DNA from: Lingula anatina
Lineage: Eukaryota; Animalia; Brachiopoda
Direction of reading: 5' to 3'
NCBI GenBank assembly: GCA_051362555.1
Contig: CM120648.1
Location: 19,526,587 to 19,590,586 of the forward strand
DNA length: 64,000 nt
Shown piece after piece: positions 36,163 through 49,853 of the stretch (the first letter of the stretch is position 1; every line of letters begins with the position of its first letter). The notes under the pieces are model-generated. The model was not told the DNA's origin. It saw only the letters and a list, made by a program, of their open reading frames with translations, and did no database searches. The position numbers and the translations under genes were made by a program.

Positions 36163-38789
36163 TTAAGAGATTTTTGAAGTGATAAAATGAAAAGATTCCC
36201 TGCATTGTTTGACTCGTACCTGTATACTGTGTATACAGGTAAAACTGACACGCAGATCGTCCGTCGGTGAACTGATTAAATCGTTTGGTACCTGATAAGG
36301 CATCAGGTGTTACTTGTTCAATTGTTCGGTAAGGGGGGCGGCCACAACTACGACCTTTCCCCTGTAATTAAAACCTTCTAATTTTAACTGTTAAATAGGT
36401 GAGACAGGAATATTCGAGTCTTTCCCAGAAGATAATCAAAGTTTACCGTGTCTTACTCTAGTATATGTACAAAATTTACGACAGGTAAAAATGTCAGACT
36501 TTCGGTCTGACATGTGAAAATTTTGTCAAACTGAAACAAAACCGTCAGGTAAAAACAAAATTATAGCAAGAGGCCAAATTATTTGATTTTTAAATGTTTT
36601 CGTGCGTATTTTCATCGTTTTCAATCAAAGACAATAAAATCATTCAAATAAAGTGTTTTCCACACATTTCATACTTTTCAACTATCTAAGACAGTTAAAT
36701 ATACGTAGGCCTACTTTAATACTAAGCATATTTGTATTACTTTACAAATACGATTATTTTTATTATCCATTTTGTCTTTACCATACATGTATTATGTACG
36801 TGTAGCTTACAGAAAGGCTTTTCTGCATTTTTTTTGGAAATATATGCCCATTGAATTTTCCAATTCTCTTATCATTGAGTTCAGAAATAAATAACTTTTT
36901 ATTTTGCCGATAACGCGTTCAACAAGAGCCGATGTAATTTCTTCTTCGTATGTCTCTGTTGATCTTGATAATATGAGCCCAGTTTGTACAAATCAGTAAT
37001 ACGTATACGGGACTGGATACATAATAATAAAAATTTTATTAACGTCTCACGTTAAAAAAATAGAACCTACCCTACAAAGCGTTATGAGAGACTAAAACCT
37101 GTGATAGGCTTACTACATTTAAAATGATCACTTATCAATAAAACACACACAAAAAGGATATTACATACAAAACTTTTCAAACCTCTTTGTTGTTACACAA
37201 AAAGTCGTGAAAATTCTTGATTTTTTTGTAAGTAGAATCCCCGTGTAAAACTTCACAGCTTTTACTTTCTTTTTCCATAATCTCATGCTTGAAGTATTTT
37301 CTTTATTTTTAGGGCCGGCCGGCCTATTCTTCAATTTTTTCTTCAGATCTTTATGTTTTTTTTTCTCACATTGTTTACCCCCGAGTTCTAATTGCCGATA
37401 GTTCGTTATATCCGTTGATTAACTAAGCATTTCTGTTTTTTATTAAAGCACCGTTGATCTCCTAATATTATAGTTTTTCTTCCCGCCTTCAAAGTGTTCA
37501 GCGCAAACGTGGTCCCCTGCTTTTGATCCAAACCTGCTATATTTTCCTTTCTTTCTACCATATTTTTCATTCTTACGGGTTTGTTGGGAACTTATTAAAC
37601 CTCATGTGTCGATCTCGCTTACTGTTATTGTAGCAGCGGGACAAAAAGCACGTAAACCCAGCCATGGTTTTTAGCACCGCTCTAAGTGTTTCGACGTAGC
37701 TGGGCTCCCCTACCCACAATGCAATTTCCATTTCCGGAAAAGATGAAAAAGGTCTATTGCTACTATGGGTTATATATGAAATCAAGATCGAGCTGGCAAT
37801 ACAGGAATCTAGAACCTAGGGTAATGTGGTCCTGCCTAGCTGAATATTATTATTAAAATATCGGCAAAACGTCTGACATATGTAATGACTTGAAAACTGC
37901 GCTGCACTCCAACGAGACAGATGCGACTAATTGCTCACTCAATTTAGTAGTTGTGATCGCCACCTTTATTTCGTATTTCAATTTATTAAACCCTTGACCC
38001 CAACGGCTCATCAGAATGGAATACAGTAACAATATAAAGTCATATCAATGAACTACCACTACAACAAAAACTACTACTGATATAAATATAAATAATAATA
38101 ACAATAATTCATTATACTGACGCTAATCTTAGCTCCGATGCACATTGTAGGTATTTCCCGAAGTCGCTAAATTGTGAGACATTGTTAAGTGATAATAATT
38201 TATTTAGTTTGAAGACTGCGAGCTTTTTGACATTTTAACATATATATATATATATAGATATGAAGCCAGGGATCTTCTCTTGAAATAGTATTTATTTCAA
38301 AACATTTGCACATCACGGTCTCCTCTGTATTCACAGCAGCGAGGCGGCTCGTTTAAATTCTCAAGAGACTCGCTTAAATTTGTTAAAATAAATAAATAAA
38401 TAAAACCCTCGCTGAGATAAACTACTACTAACAGTATTTTTTTATTCAGGTTAACTGAAAATTATAAAGATGGTGAAGTAGCCATTAATTTCCTACGGAT
38501 CATGTAGAAAGGTGATGAATAAGACAATGTATGGAAAAATTGGTCGTTTATAACTGACCAAATATGTCTAGAGATAATACAGTTTACATTCAAGTTGACC
38601 ACCAATATCTGGCATATGTATGCATATTTGTAATGTTAAGATTTTTCATGTTTTTAAAAAGGCAAATAATTAAATTAAGACTAGACATAAGGAAGTGCAC
38701 ATGGCGCATTTTGGTAGTCATTTTAACGTATTTTCATTAATTCCAATCTGATTTCTTTACTGATGAATTATTCGTATTATGGTTTTCAG

Positions 38790-39810
38790 AGATCGTTTCA
38801 TCTTCACCACCCTCCTGCAGATAAAAGCTATGCTGAAGAATAACATTATTGTTCTTACAAGGTTAGAGCAAAGATTGAAACAGAACAGAAGTCCTGATGA
38901 CAATATTGTCTCAACTGACGAGTTTGCATTTCCTATGGAGACTAGAGAAGATGTGGCAAGGGTTGAAAACATACTTAAAGATAAGCATAATGAAATTACT
39001 GGTAAGTAAAAAAAATAATAGTGTGATTAAAATTAATGTAGTGATTGTTGTGCTGAAGCTACATATGGAAAAAATAATAAGTTGATTTTTAAAATAGTGG
39101 TTATTTGATAAATGATTAATATGACATTTTAATCTGAACACTTATCATTTGTTGTATGTATATATATAAATGTGCTTTACTTATTAAGAATATTTTATAT
39201 TTATTTCAAAGGTCAAACCACCTTGCCACACTGGGAGGGTTTTCCTCCAAGGAAATGGTACAGTGTAGATAGGATCATGTCTACTATTTTTAAAACTAAC
39301 ATATTGCATGCCAGTGTAACTGGATTGGGAAGTGCGGAAAGGTTGCACTAAAAAACCTGACCTTTACAAAAGCAATGGAATGTCTGCATTTCGTAAAGAT
39401 CAAATAATGTTTGCTCAGATATATTTTTACATATTAATTGTATTATTATGATCCTGAAGTAAAGTTACAGTTCAAAATATAAAGGTTGTTTCTTCTGAAC
39501 AACTTTGTCTTTTTAAGGTTTTTACATATATTCTCTTAAGGATAAACGCATATCAACCTATTTCTGTCCTTTGATGAGACCATTCCGTTTTGTAACTCCT
39601 TTTTGAACCATTTTTGTTTACTGTCCAATTTAGCACTGTTAAGATAGGAGGATTAAGTTAAGTTTTTTATATTTTCACAGATGCAGGTAGATCGAGAGCT
39701 ACCGTCGTACCGAGGCTGAATAAGACACATGCATCAAATTGTGGCTCAAAAATGCGCATGATAGGGATGGCGGCAGAAAATTGAGGGAAATAAAAACAAG
39801 GAAAAAATGA
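38790..39810 (+). pseudogene. DUF4806-like transposon accessory gene remnant
   Basis: FPMETREDVARVENIL; LATLGG...RIMS...NWIGKCGK; IKLWLKNAHDRDGGRKLR, with stops and frameshifts. Confidence 0.7.
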
Positions 39811-40221
39811 GGTAAATAAACACACTGGACAAAAGAAGTGTCACCCCCTGCAGAGTAATGAAAGTTATAATGCCTGGGTCTACTCTTAATATGACTAATG
39901 AGTATAAAACCGCTGTACCATGTTTTTTTTTTTTTTTTGTGAATTTTGATGTTTATAAAATGATACCAGGAGCATATCATTCCAGAGTCATTTATCTCCC
40001 CCAAAGTATTGGTTCACTTCTATTGTCCAGTGTGTGTAAAAAATAAAATAAAATAAAATAAAATAAAATAAAATAAAATAAAAATCACTGTTAAAGGTGA
40101 TAACTGTGAAGAGAAATATTAGTTTTACGCATATCTATTTTATCTGATATTAAATTATTATTTTCCAGTTACCTTTGTAGGGCATTTCTTTTGTGCGTCT
40201 ATAGTTTTGCTATAAAAAAAT

Positions 40222-40320
40222 ACCGGAAGTCGTGTTGCGCAAAGGATTATGGTCTATATGAATGAGGAGCCATTTTCTTCATCAACCAGGAAGTAACAGG
40301 ACGGAGATTGTGGGATAATG
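40222..40320 (+). promoter_or_regulatory. Candidate promoter of the NHL gene (ETS-like ACCGGAAGT, CAGGAAGT; Staf-like TTGTGGGATAATG)
   Basis: Motif matches only, ~150-250 bp upstream of the ATG. Confidence 0.3.
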
Positions 40321-40475
40321 TTGAACATATTTGACAAAGAAAGAGATATGATCTGACCGACTTGTAGGTATATGGAGCAAGTGTTTATGTTACTGTGATC
40401 TCCAAGCTGCAGCACCAGAAGTAAACATAAAGTTTAGCAATCGCTGACAGAAATATTACAGGATCTACTGTCGGA

Positions 40476-41403
40476 ATGGAAGCCATGTTAGGGCAGTCTA
40501 GACGAGGTGTAAATCCAAGATCAGGACAGGTGACAGTACAGACACAACCTCCATTAGCTGAACAGGAAACAAATACAACATCAGCTACACATCCTAATGT
40601 TTTCTTAGACAAGGCAGAATGTGTGCGTTCCTTCAGTCCTAAACTGGAAGATGATAGAGGAATATTCATAACTGGGTTAGCCATAGATAAGGAACACATG
40701 TTTGTTGTGGATAATGAAAACAACAGAACAAAAGTATTCACACATGAAGGACAATTTAAGTTTAACATTAATGTAAACAATCCATGGGATGTGGCTGTGT
40801 CACAGACTGGTCACCTGTATATAACATTACGGGGTGACAGATGTGTCCAAGTGTACTCCACCAGAGGTCAGCAGGTGACAACCATGGGTCAGGGTCTACT
40901 GAAGTTACCACTGGGTATTACACTGAACAGACAAGGTCATGTGATGGTTTGTGACAGTGAAAAGAAGTCCATCTTCACATTCCATGCAGACAGTGGACAG
41001 CTCCTGAACACTATTCCACTCAGTATGTGTGGAAACCCAATGTACATCACAGTGAACAGTGTGAATGATAACATTGTGATATCAGACTGGGGACACTGTG
41101 TACATGTGCTGTCACCTACTGGTGATCATCTGTACCAGTATGACGGCGGCAGAGAAGACAGTGAACTGTGGTATCCACGTGGAGTGTGCACAGACAGCTA
41201 TGGTCACATCTTCATTGCTGACTATTATAACCACAGGATAGTGACACTGAGTCCACAGGGACAGTTTATCAGATACATTGTCACTGAGGATGATGGGTTG
41301 AAGTATCCCACTGCAGTAGTCATCAACCCTGCTACTGGTCAGCTGGTGGTGGTAGAGGTGAGAGGCAATGTTAAGACATTCCAGTACATTGAACTGAAAC
41401 AAG
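40476..41403 (+). CDS. NHL-repeat beta-propeller exon (TRIM2/3/71-type), first coding exon of a putative NHL-Roc gene
   Basis: Repeated NHL motifs (PWDVAV, PLGITLN, PRGVCTDSYGHIFIADYYNHRI, YPTAVVIN). Ends CAA G|GTGAGT, a strong donor just before the in-frame TAA. Confidence 0.9.
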
Positions 41404-42237
41404 GTGAGTAACATGTATTAACTGTGGATAGATATGATTATTATGTAAAATATTTGAAAGTTAATTAGTCTTACAATGTTTTTATCCATAAATATGTTTG
41501 CCTTTATTTCAATAAAAAAAACTTTTAAGCAAATTTAAATTCAGTAAGCACACAGCTGTGCTTTAGTAAAAATGTATGTAGAGTGGAGACATTTTCTATA
41601 GTTAATACTTTACTGTTACTGACCAATTTCCATGAACCCATTATAGTGATTAGGATTTTTAATAATGATGAATAACTCTTTTTAATGGAATTTATAGTAT
41701 GCTTTATTTGTATTTTTATTAAGTCACAAGAAAAACATCTTACATTGTTTAATCCCTGAACTTCTTGTCCATTTGTCAGTGAAGAACAACTCAAATCTCA
41801 CAACAGAACAGTCCAATTCTTCATATTCTTCATCTTGTAGCTGTTCATGAAAGCTTAGATATACCTAAATTCTCAAATGTACTTTGTCAAGTTTCTTGAT
41901 GTCTTACCACTTCTAGATTCAAAGACATTTCATCACCAGTTTGTTGTTAACACACACAAATAAATTAAATGTTGAAGTACTTTGGATGATACCTTATTTT
42001 CCTGACTTTATGGATTGTTCTTTGCAAACAAAACTAGCAGACGACCATTTTTCATGAAATGGAACTACTTTTCACAGGAAGTAGTGTATTCATACACAAC
42101 AGTGACCTTGGGTTTGGAATACAAAAAAAATAGTACATGCATTCATACTGTCACAGCATGCAAATTATAATGAAATATACAAAACTAAACACATTTTTAT
42201 GTAACACAAGTTAAATGCATTTTTATTTATTTATTTA

Positions 42238-42274
<37 letters not shown>

Positions 42275-43914
42275 CTGGATAAAAACATTGATGAAATGGT
42301 TTTGACCACCTTTTTGGACTTTTTAAACTTCATATGCTGATGGACCCACATATTTATGTCAAAGGCCCCGACCAAATCTAGTCCCATGCATAAAAAGCCC
42401 AGACCCCATGTTTATTACGCCCTGGCTGGGCCCATTCTTTATGGTGTTTGTTTTGTTAACAGCATAATGGGCAAGTTAATTGACCAAGTTAATTGGCCAA
42501 GCTGCCAGTTTGTTTGTATGGCATGTGCAGGGGATGTCTTATAGAATAATAAAATCAGACAGAATATGCTGTGATTACTAAATAAAATAGATGGGGGGGG
42601 GGGGGGGGGGGGGGGTAGGAGACACCAAGGGGCTCATGATTATAAATACCATAGCATTAATAATAATGGTTACATATGCACAACTCCTTTCTTATGTTTA
42701 AGTCATATCATGGTAAATTTATCTTATTATCACGCAGGTGTAATATTTGGCCTTATCAACTATGTTTTTCATTGCATTAACAAAAATAAGTAAAATGTGT
42801 ACAAAAGCCTGTTTCAGCAAAATGGTTTAAAATAATTTTTACTCAGAACATATCTTTGGAAGAACCTGCTAGGGGAGAAGACATATATGTTGTGGGAATT
42901 ATACACCAATATCATATTCACCATAAATCATTGACATAAAGAGCTAGTGCATCATATTTATGACCTAAGTTGAAAATGACCCATCGTAACAGCTAGGAAT
43001 AGGTACTTTTTGGACACATAATTGGCCATATTTTTGTAAATTGTAGTCCGATTATTATAATTCTTTTTTTATTTTGCTCCTATGAACAGTCTCTTTGATA
43101 TCAGTCTATCAGCAATCTCTAATCATAAATTGTTAATTTATCAGACACTTGTAACATTAACCACATTTAATTGTTCACCCTGATTGTGAAACAGCCGCCT
43201 GCTCCAAATGTACTTGGTCTGCTCCAAATTAAAAAAAAAATCTGGATGTTGATAAAATTTATTCTGAACAGCCAGGCAGATTCAGTACAATGGCATATGT
43301 ATTTGTAGGTTGATAAGTTATTAACTAAAGAAACAAAAAACAACAAAAACTTCCTGTAATAATCATAATAGTGATACATGATACATGTATGATGATACAT
43401 TTCACCATGTTATGATGCAAACACCATCAAATGGAAACAAAAATTAACTTGTTATTAAACCAACTCAACAAATGTTTGTGCCAAGCAGATATTTAGCATT
43501 GTACAATGTACATGTATTTCAGGAACTGCTCAGAATTATGCTGATTGCCATTTCAAGTCCTATTTCAAGTCTTAATTAAACAAACATCAATGTCGCCTAC
43601 AAAACTGATACAACTGCACCAAATATCTTTTGCTATATGAAATACTTGTTGAAATGATGTTTTCAATAGAACTTATTTTTTATTTTATCTTTTTATTTAA
43701 TCATGAGAAAAACTTTCTAAAATGTTGATTCCCATTTCTTAGTATTATCATTATGCTTCACATATATATCAAGGCTGTTGCAATGTTTTTTTAAACTAGT
43801 AAACAAAATCTCTTACACTGCTACAGCACATCATCTGCTAGCAACAATTTTTACATCTGATGGTTTTTAGAAGCTATACTGTCCCTGTGATTCATCGGCT
43901 AATATTGTTTTTAT

Positions 43915-44515
43915 CTCAAGGTCAAACAGCCCAAAATCTCCTAAAAATGGGGGTTTAAAAAATATATATATGTTTGTGCCAATTTTAAGAAACTACACCG
44001 ACCTAAGTGGGGGGATTACATTTTGGGACTTCATCTTCGGGAGTTTGGGGTCAATCGGTGCATTTTCACAGGAGAGGCAGCCGTTAGATGCCAAAACTGA
44101 AAACTCTCTATTAAACCAGAACCCTTAATACAAGAAACCTATTGTTTTTTGCATTACGTAGAGCTTGTCAAGCTCAATTGATACGTACTGGGGTTGGAAT
44201 CCATTTTTTTGTTTGTTTTTGATATGTAAGTTAGGAGTTGTGCTATATAAAAAAGTACTTTTCAATATTCAGTAGTGAAGCAAAATGTGAAATACTCAAA
44301 AACTGGCAGAGATACACCCATGGTTACTATTGACCTTGAATAAGAAGTCACATACTGGCAGCCAAACTGTGACCTTGAAATTGACCTTTGACCTACTTTT
44401 CATCATGTACTAAGTCTTGCAAATTTTTTGCCTCTTTTATCTGCAAAAATGGCAGAGGTACACTTATAGTTACTATTGACCTTGAATAGGAAGTCATATA
44501 TACTGGCAATCTTAC
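43915..44515. mobile_element. Remnant of the HINE family at 23724-25899
   Basis: Shares GTTACTATTGACCTTGAATAGGAAGTCATA and GTGACCTTGAAATTGACCTTTGACCTACTTTTC. Confidence 0.6.
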
Positions 44516-45626
44516 TCTGCGCTGCTTTGTAATCTGGAACATAGTAAATCTTACACGTCAGACTTTGTGTGCAAATCGACTTTGTGATTTCTGATAAATG
44601 TCTGTATACCTCTCTTTGTTCTTCAGCAGTGATTCAGTATCCAGATTACACACCCTTTTTATCTATCTATTTTACTCAAAGTTTGTTTTACCCTGATATA
44701 AATAACGCACCATAGTATTTTTGGGAATTTCTCAATTCAATTAAATTCAAAATTTTTAATTTAGCTGCGATTTATCGACTTTTGTCATCGTGAAAATATG
44801 AGATTTTACATAACACACTAATACCCAATGCATTTTCCATTTGAAAAAAAAAAAAAACATTTCCACCAACTTAGAGTAGGTATGAGGGAGTTTTTGTGCA
44901 GGGGCGGAGCGATAAGGGGGAGTATCGGTGCAGGAAAATATAAGTACAGGAAGTATTGGTGCGGGAAATTTAAACTGTGATGTACCTTATACACATGTAG
45001 GTACTGGGAATTGTCGGCGCTGGGGTTGTATAGGTATAATAATATGGAGGAGTATTTGTGCAGGGACTTAAAGCACAGGGGAGTATTTATCAAGGGACAT
45101 ACACAGATAGGTACTAGTACGGAGAGAATTGGTGCCGGGGTGTATAAGGTATGCTGCCGTTTAGTAGCAGTAGTGAAAGTGTACCAGTATTATGTTAAAA
45201 ATTTGACGTTGTGACAGGAAAGGTAGTTTTAATGGTTGGATTCAAACATGGTCGTAGGTACGATCTGTACATATTTCTGTAACATAAATTGAGCACTCCA
45301 ATAACCTTTTCCCAGCCTATTTTGTCTTGATATTATCCTCCTCTGTGCTGCTCCTTCATTTACTGTTTAAATTCACTTCCTTTCTTGATTGACACTCCTT
45401 CCATCATCTCATCATCATCATTTAGACATAGCTGTTCAGTCTTGCTACTACTCACCTCCATCCTGTTACTCTCAAGCACATATGCAGGCATCCACCTCTC
45501 TAGATTTTCTCTCGCTTCCTCTCTGCTATCGCTTCACAATAAATATATATAACATCTGCAAACATCATCGTTCACCTTATCCATGAGTCCTTTTGTCAAT
45601 CTGAAGCATAACATTTGTATTACCAG

Positions 45627-45857
45627 GTGAGTTTAATGAACGGCTTCAACGGTTGTGTGAAAGTGGTAAGATTCCAGTATACCGACAGCGAGTAGCTATT
45701 GTTGGACCTTACGGTGTGGGAAAGACTCATCTCGCCAAGCGCCTCATCCATGAGGAATATATCAAAGAAGAAGATGCAAATACAACTGGCGTGAATATAT
45801 ACCGCCATAGGTGTGTTGTCCATAAAGCTGGCCGATCCTGTTGGATCAGAGGAAAAG
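45627..45857 (+). CDS. Roc-like GTPase N-terminal exon (RVAIVGPYGVGKTHLAKRL...NTTGVNI)
   Basis: Walker A GPYGVGKT plus switch-I-like TxGVxI typical of Roc domains. CAG acceptor and GTACGC donor, phase 1-1, in frame with the NHL exon. Confidence 0.8.
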
Positions 45858-46211
45858 GTACGCAGAATATAGGAAAACGTTAGACATGCACATGTGGAAT
45901 TTGTTTATAAAGAATACAAAGAACAGAAGATATAACATTTTCAATGAAAAAGTACCTAAATAAGTGGTGCCTTTGTATTGTTATCAATCAATTGACATAC
46001 ATAACACTTTACAATCTACTACTACAGCCCATTGATTATTTTTTAACTGGGTACAAACACGATAATATCATTTTCTGTAAAAACACCATGCTTTATTTTA
46101 CTCAATATTGAATTAAATTTTTCAACGGTGTAGCCTGGTACGTACACTCAGAAAAGGTACATTTAGATACAACGCTTGATCTACCTGTATGATCCTTCCA
46201 ACTATTCTCAG

Positions 46212-46367
46212 ATGATCCAAAAGACCAGTTTGCACAAAATATGGCAATTGGAGTACAGAATTCAGATACGTTTTGCCAGCCGGACTTAACAGTATTGGAC
46301 CAAATGCCACTAGAGGAATCCCTACCAGATTCGGAAGTGAATATTAATAACATGCTGACAAATAGAG
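46212..46367 (+). CDS. Next exon of NHL-Roc gene (DPKDQFAQNMAIGVQNSDTFCQPD...LTNR)
   Basis: TTCTCAG acceptor, GTATTG donor, phase 1-1, open. Confidence 0.65.
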
Positions 46368-46590
46368 GTATTGTACATGATTGTCTCGAACAGTTCATCT
46401 TGGTGCAATTTAAACAGATATTTGTAGTTATTCTTCTTTTTTGCCAAGAGATTCCACCTTCTATGTTTTTTTTTTCGTTGGCCATTCCACATATATGTGC
46501 CTTGAAGACAGCATCCCAAATTTTATTTTATATGTTTAAATTTTGTAAAGAAATTCCTTTCTAAATTCTTTTATCTTAGCCATGTTTTTG

Positions 46591-48257
46591 TTATGTACAG
46601 ACACAGATGTGTCTGTACATATAGCCATCATCTGCGTCTGTCGTCGCCGTCGCCGTCGTCGCCGTCGCCGCCGTCGCCGTCGCCGTGCACTTTTACCGAT
46701 AACACGATAAGTGGAAAACCATTTTACCTTTTGACTTGAAACTTGCAGAACTGATGAATATTCATAATACGCAGGTCAAGTTCGAAAATCAGCATGATCG
46801 GGTCACTTTTAGGGAATTTATGCTGTTTTTTCACTTTTTTCAGCATATATGCAGCACTGATAACACGATAAGTGGAAAACCATTTTACCTTTTGACTTGA
46901 AACTTACAGAACTGATGAATATTCATAATACGCAGGTCAAGTTCGAAAATAGCATGATCGGGTCACTTTTAGGGAATTTATGCTGTTTTTTCACTTTTTT
47001 CAGCATGTATGCAGCACCGATAACACGATAAGTGGAAAACAATTTTACCTTTTGACTTGAAACTTACAGAACTGATGAATATTCATAATACGCAGGTCAA
47101 GTTCGAAAATCAGCATGATCGGGTCACTTTTAGGGAATTTATGCAGTTTTTTCACTTTTTTCAGCATATATGCAGCACCGATAACACGATAAGTGGAAAA
47201 CCATTTTACCTTTTGACTTGAAACTTACAGAACTGATGAATATTCATAATACGCAGGTCAAGTTCGAAAATCAGCATGATCGGGTCACTTTTAGGGAATT
47301 TATGCTGTTTTTTCACTATTTTCAATATAAATGCAACACTGATAACACAATATAAGAAAAATGGATTGGTCAATTGTAATTATACTCACAGGAGTGGTCA
47401 ATCTTACTAAAATGCAGGTTGAGTTCGAAAATAAGCATAATCGGGCCATTACTTAAGAAGTTATACTATTTTTTCACATTTCCTCAGATTCAATTATTAG
47501 GCATGTTAACAGTCTCATTATTTAACTAATAAGATGCCTAAAAGTGTTTGTTTGATATTTCCTGCATCTTTACAACATTGTTAGTTGATTATGTAAAAAA
47601 CATGGTAAACTTGTTATCATGTATTGTGTAATAAAGTGTCAAAAATGGAAATAAACTCATATCATTGCAGTTTGTCATATTCAATCATCCACTATGTTCA
47701 GAATCTCAGAATGGAGGAAATTGGACATTTAACACTGTTCTATTGATATTTTTCCCATCTCATCAATTTTCTTAGTTGATCATATAAAAATGGCAGTAAA
47801 CTGTTAATTTTGTTTTATGTTAAAAAATTGTTAAAAATGGGAAAAAAATTTTCATCTCATCATACTTAGTTGGACATATAAAAATGGTAATAAAATGTTT
47901 ATTTTGTTTTATGTTAAAAAAGTGTTAAAAATGGAAATAAACCCATGTCAGAACAGTGCTGTCTTGTTTACATTTTGGCATTATCAAGGCGTGACTTTGA
48001 AGTTCCATGGGCCTGAAGACCTTTGCTAGTCACATTTTCTGAATATCTGTGATACAAATATTTTTTAATTAAAAATTGATGGTCATTAAGCTGTTAAACA
48101 TTATGTAATATTGCATCAAAATTTGAAGAAACCCCCATTTTGGGCACTGCTTCCATGATGACCATTTAAGGAAAATCATGTCACTTACTGTTCTCAAACT
48201 TACAGGATAGAAACATGGGACTAAAATACAGCTTCAGTAGGCAATGCAGTCTGTTTG

Positions 48258-48289
<32 letters not shown>

Positions 48290-48726
48290 GGCAGTTAAAC
48301 AGTTTTTTGTGAAAATTTAATTATTCATTTATTGGCATTTTCAAGGTGTGACTTTAAAGTTCCATGATACTGAAGACTTTTGCTTGTCACATTTTCTGAA
48401 TGTCTATGTTACTAATATTTTATTAATAACATTTGATTGTCATTATGCTGTTAAACATTATGTAATGTTGCATCAAAATTTGAAGAAACCCCTATTTTGG
48501 GCACTGCTCCTATGATGACCATTTAAGGGAAATCATGTCACTTACTGTTCTCAAACTTACAGGAGAGAAACATGGGTCTAACATACAGCTTCAATAGGCA
48601 ACGCAGTCTGTTTGGTAAAATTTTCTGGCAATTTAACAGTTTTTTGTGAAAATTTAATTTTTCACTTATTTGCATCTTTATTTTCTGTTCTTTGTCTGTA
48701 CATTTGACAGCTTTGCTGCCTTGTTT
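46591..48726 (+). mobile_element. HINE-like element, same family as 12497-19308
   Basis: Same 5' hairpin, GTC/GCC microsatellite, 168-bp repeats and 3' TGTCTGTACAT...TTGTTT module. Confidence 0.85.
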
Positions 48727-48791
48727 ACTTTAAAGTTGAGTCATTTTCTGCTAGAATGGTGTTTGATATTATTCTTCTCTTTATTCTACAG

Positions 48792-48842
48792 CCGCTCCCC
48801 CTGATGACAGTGAATCACCTGCCTCTCCTGACAAAACAGCAG
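48792..48842 (+). CDS. 51-nt symmetric exon (AAPPDDSESPASPDKTA)
   Basis: TTCTACAG acceptor, GTAAAT donor, phase 1-1. Confidence 0.6.
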
Positions 48843-49853
48843 GTAAATAGTGCACATGTAGTAAAACAAGATTCTGGTGTATTGCTCAGAATGTTCGGGA
48901 GTTTTTCCTAGCTTGCTGATTAGGTATGTGAGTGTCTACATTCTTATTTTCATCAAACTGGGACTTAAAACTCACACGGGCATGAAGCCCAGTGGTAATC
49001 AAATTTTCTTAATGTCCATGTTTTTAATAGAAGATAATTAAAATTTTGTGGTATTTATACAGTTGACCATTATTGCATTAAAAACCTACTTTGTGCACTA
49101 TCATCATAACGTTATAAAATGAAAACTGTTACCTATTTTTTTATTTACAAAAAATGGTTCTTAGGATTGACAAACATTTTAAATTAGAAAACCAGCTCTT
49201 TTGAATTATTGTTTTTATCGAATAATGCATTTTTTGTGAAATTTTTATTTATCTCATACTGGTGTGAGCTTGAACTCTCATGGGCCTGAAGCCTTATGCT
49301 TTTACTTACATCGTTATATACTGTTGTGCATAATTAAATTTTGGGGTTGACTGTGCAGTAAAGCATTGTATTACATGAGAACTGACAGCCTCCTATTTTG
49401 TGCATTATTATTTTCTGCTTTTTTAAAATTGTGACTTAGACATTTCATGGGCCTGAATACCTTTGCTAGTCACATTTGGGTGACAAGCCTCTAATCTTCC
49501 CTTGGGTAACTACTAGCTAAATTCAGAGCTATAAGGTCACTTGCCTAATTAAGTTTCAATTAAATGAGATTATATAAAACACACATGTTGAGATTCCCTG
49601 TAAACTCCCATAGGTTAAGTTCTCTGCCAGATAACAGTGTCCATAATAGGGAAGCAGTGATAATTATGCAGATAAATGTTGTTTAATATTGCAAATAAGT
49701 TTTCAAAAAAATTATTTTGTATAGTGCCAACATTAATGCTGTATATGAAAAACAGTGCCTTATTATCCTCAAACTCAATGGGGTTATTCATATCATGCTA
49801 ATACAGTAAGATTAAAAGTTTGAAAAGCAGCTTTACTGGAATATATTCTACAG

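Larger units (their letters stand above)
33424..37757. mobile_element. Degenerate ISL2EU/PHIS-like transposon (SAP remnant +, THAP remnant -)
   Basis: 28-bp inverted termini ATAGACCTTTTTCATCTTTTGCGGAAAT / ATTTCCGGAAAAGATGAAAAAGGTCTAT (the outer AT may be the TSD). LKRWLKHRNA near 33595. MAGFTCFLSRCYNNSKRDRH and HVCAEHFEGGKKNY at 37470-37665. Confidence 0.8.
33339..37823. mobile_element. MITE with 8-bp TSD ATGTGGTC, expanded by nested insertions
   Basis: ATGTGGTC|TACCCTGAGTGTCAG ... TCTAGAACCTAGGGTA|ATGTGGTC. Ends homologous to 29036-29136. Confidence 0.8.

Noticed and set aside
46134-46200. Alternative acceptor TAG at 46131-46133 for the Roc gene
   Set aside because: In-frame TGA at ~46190; acceptor 46211 gives an open frame.
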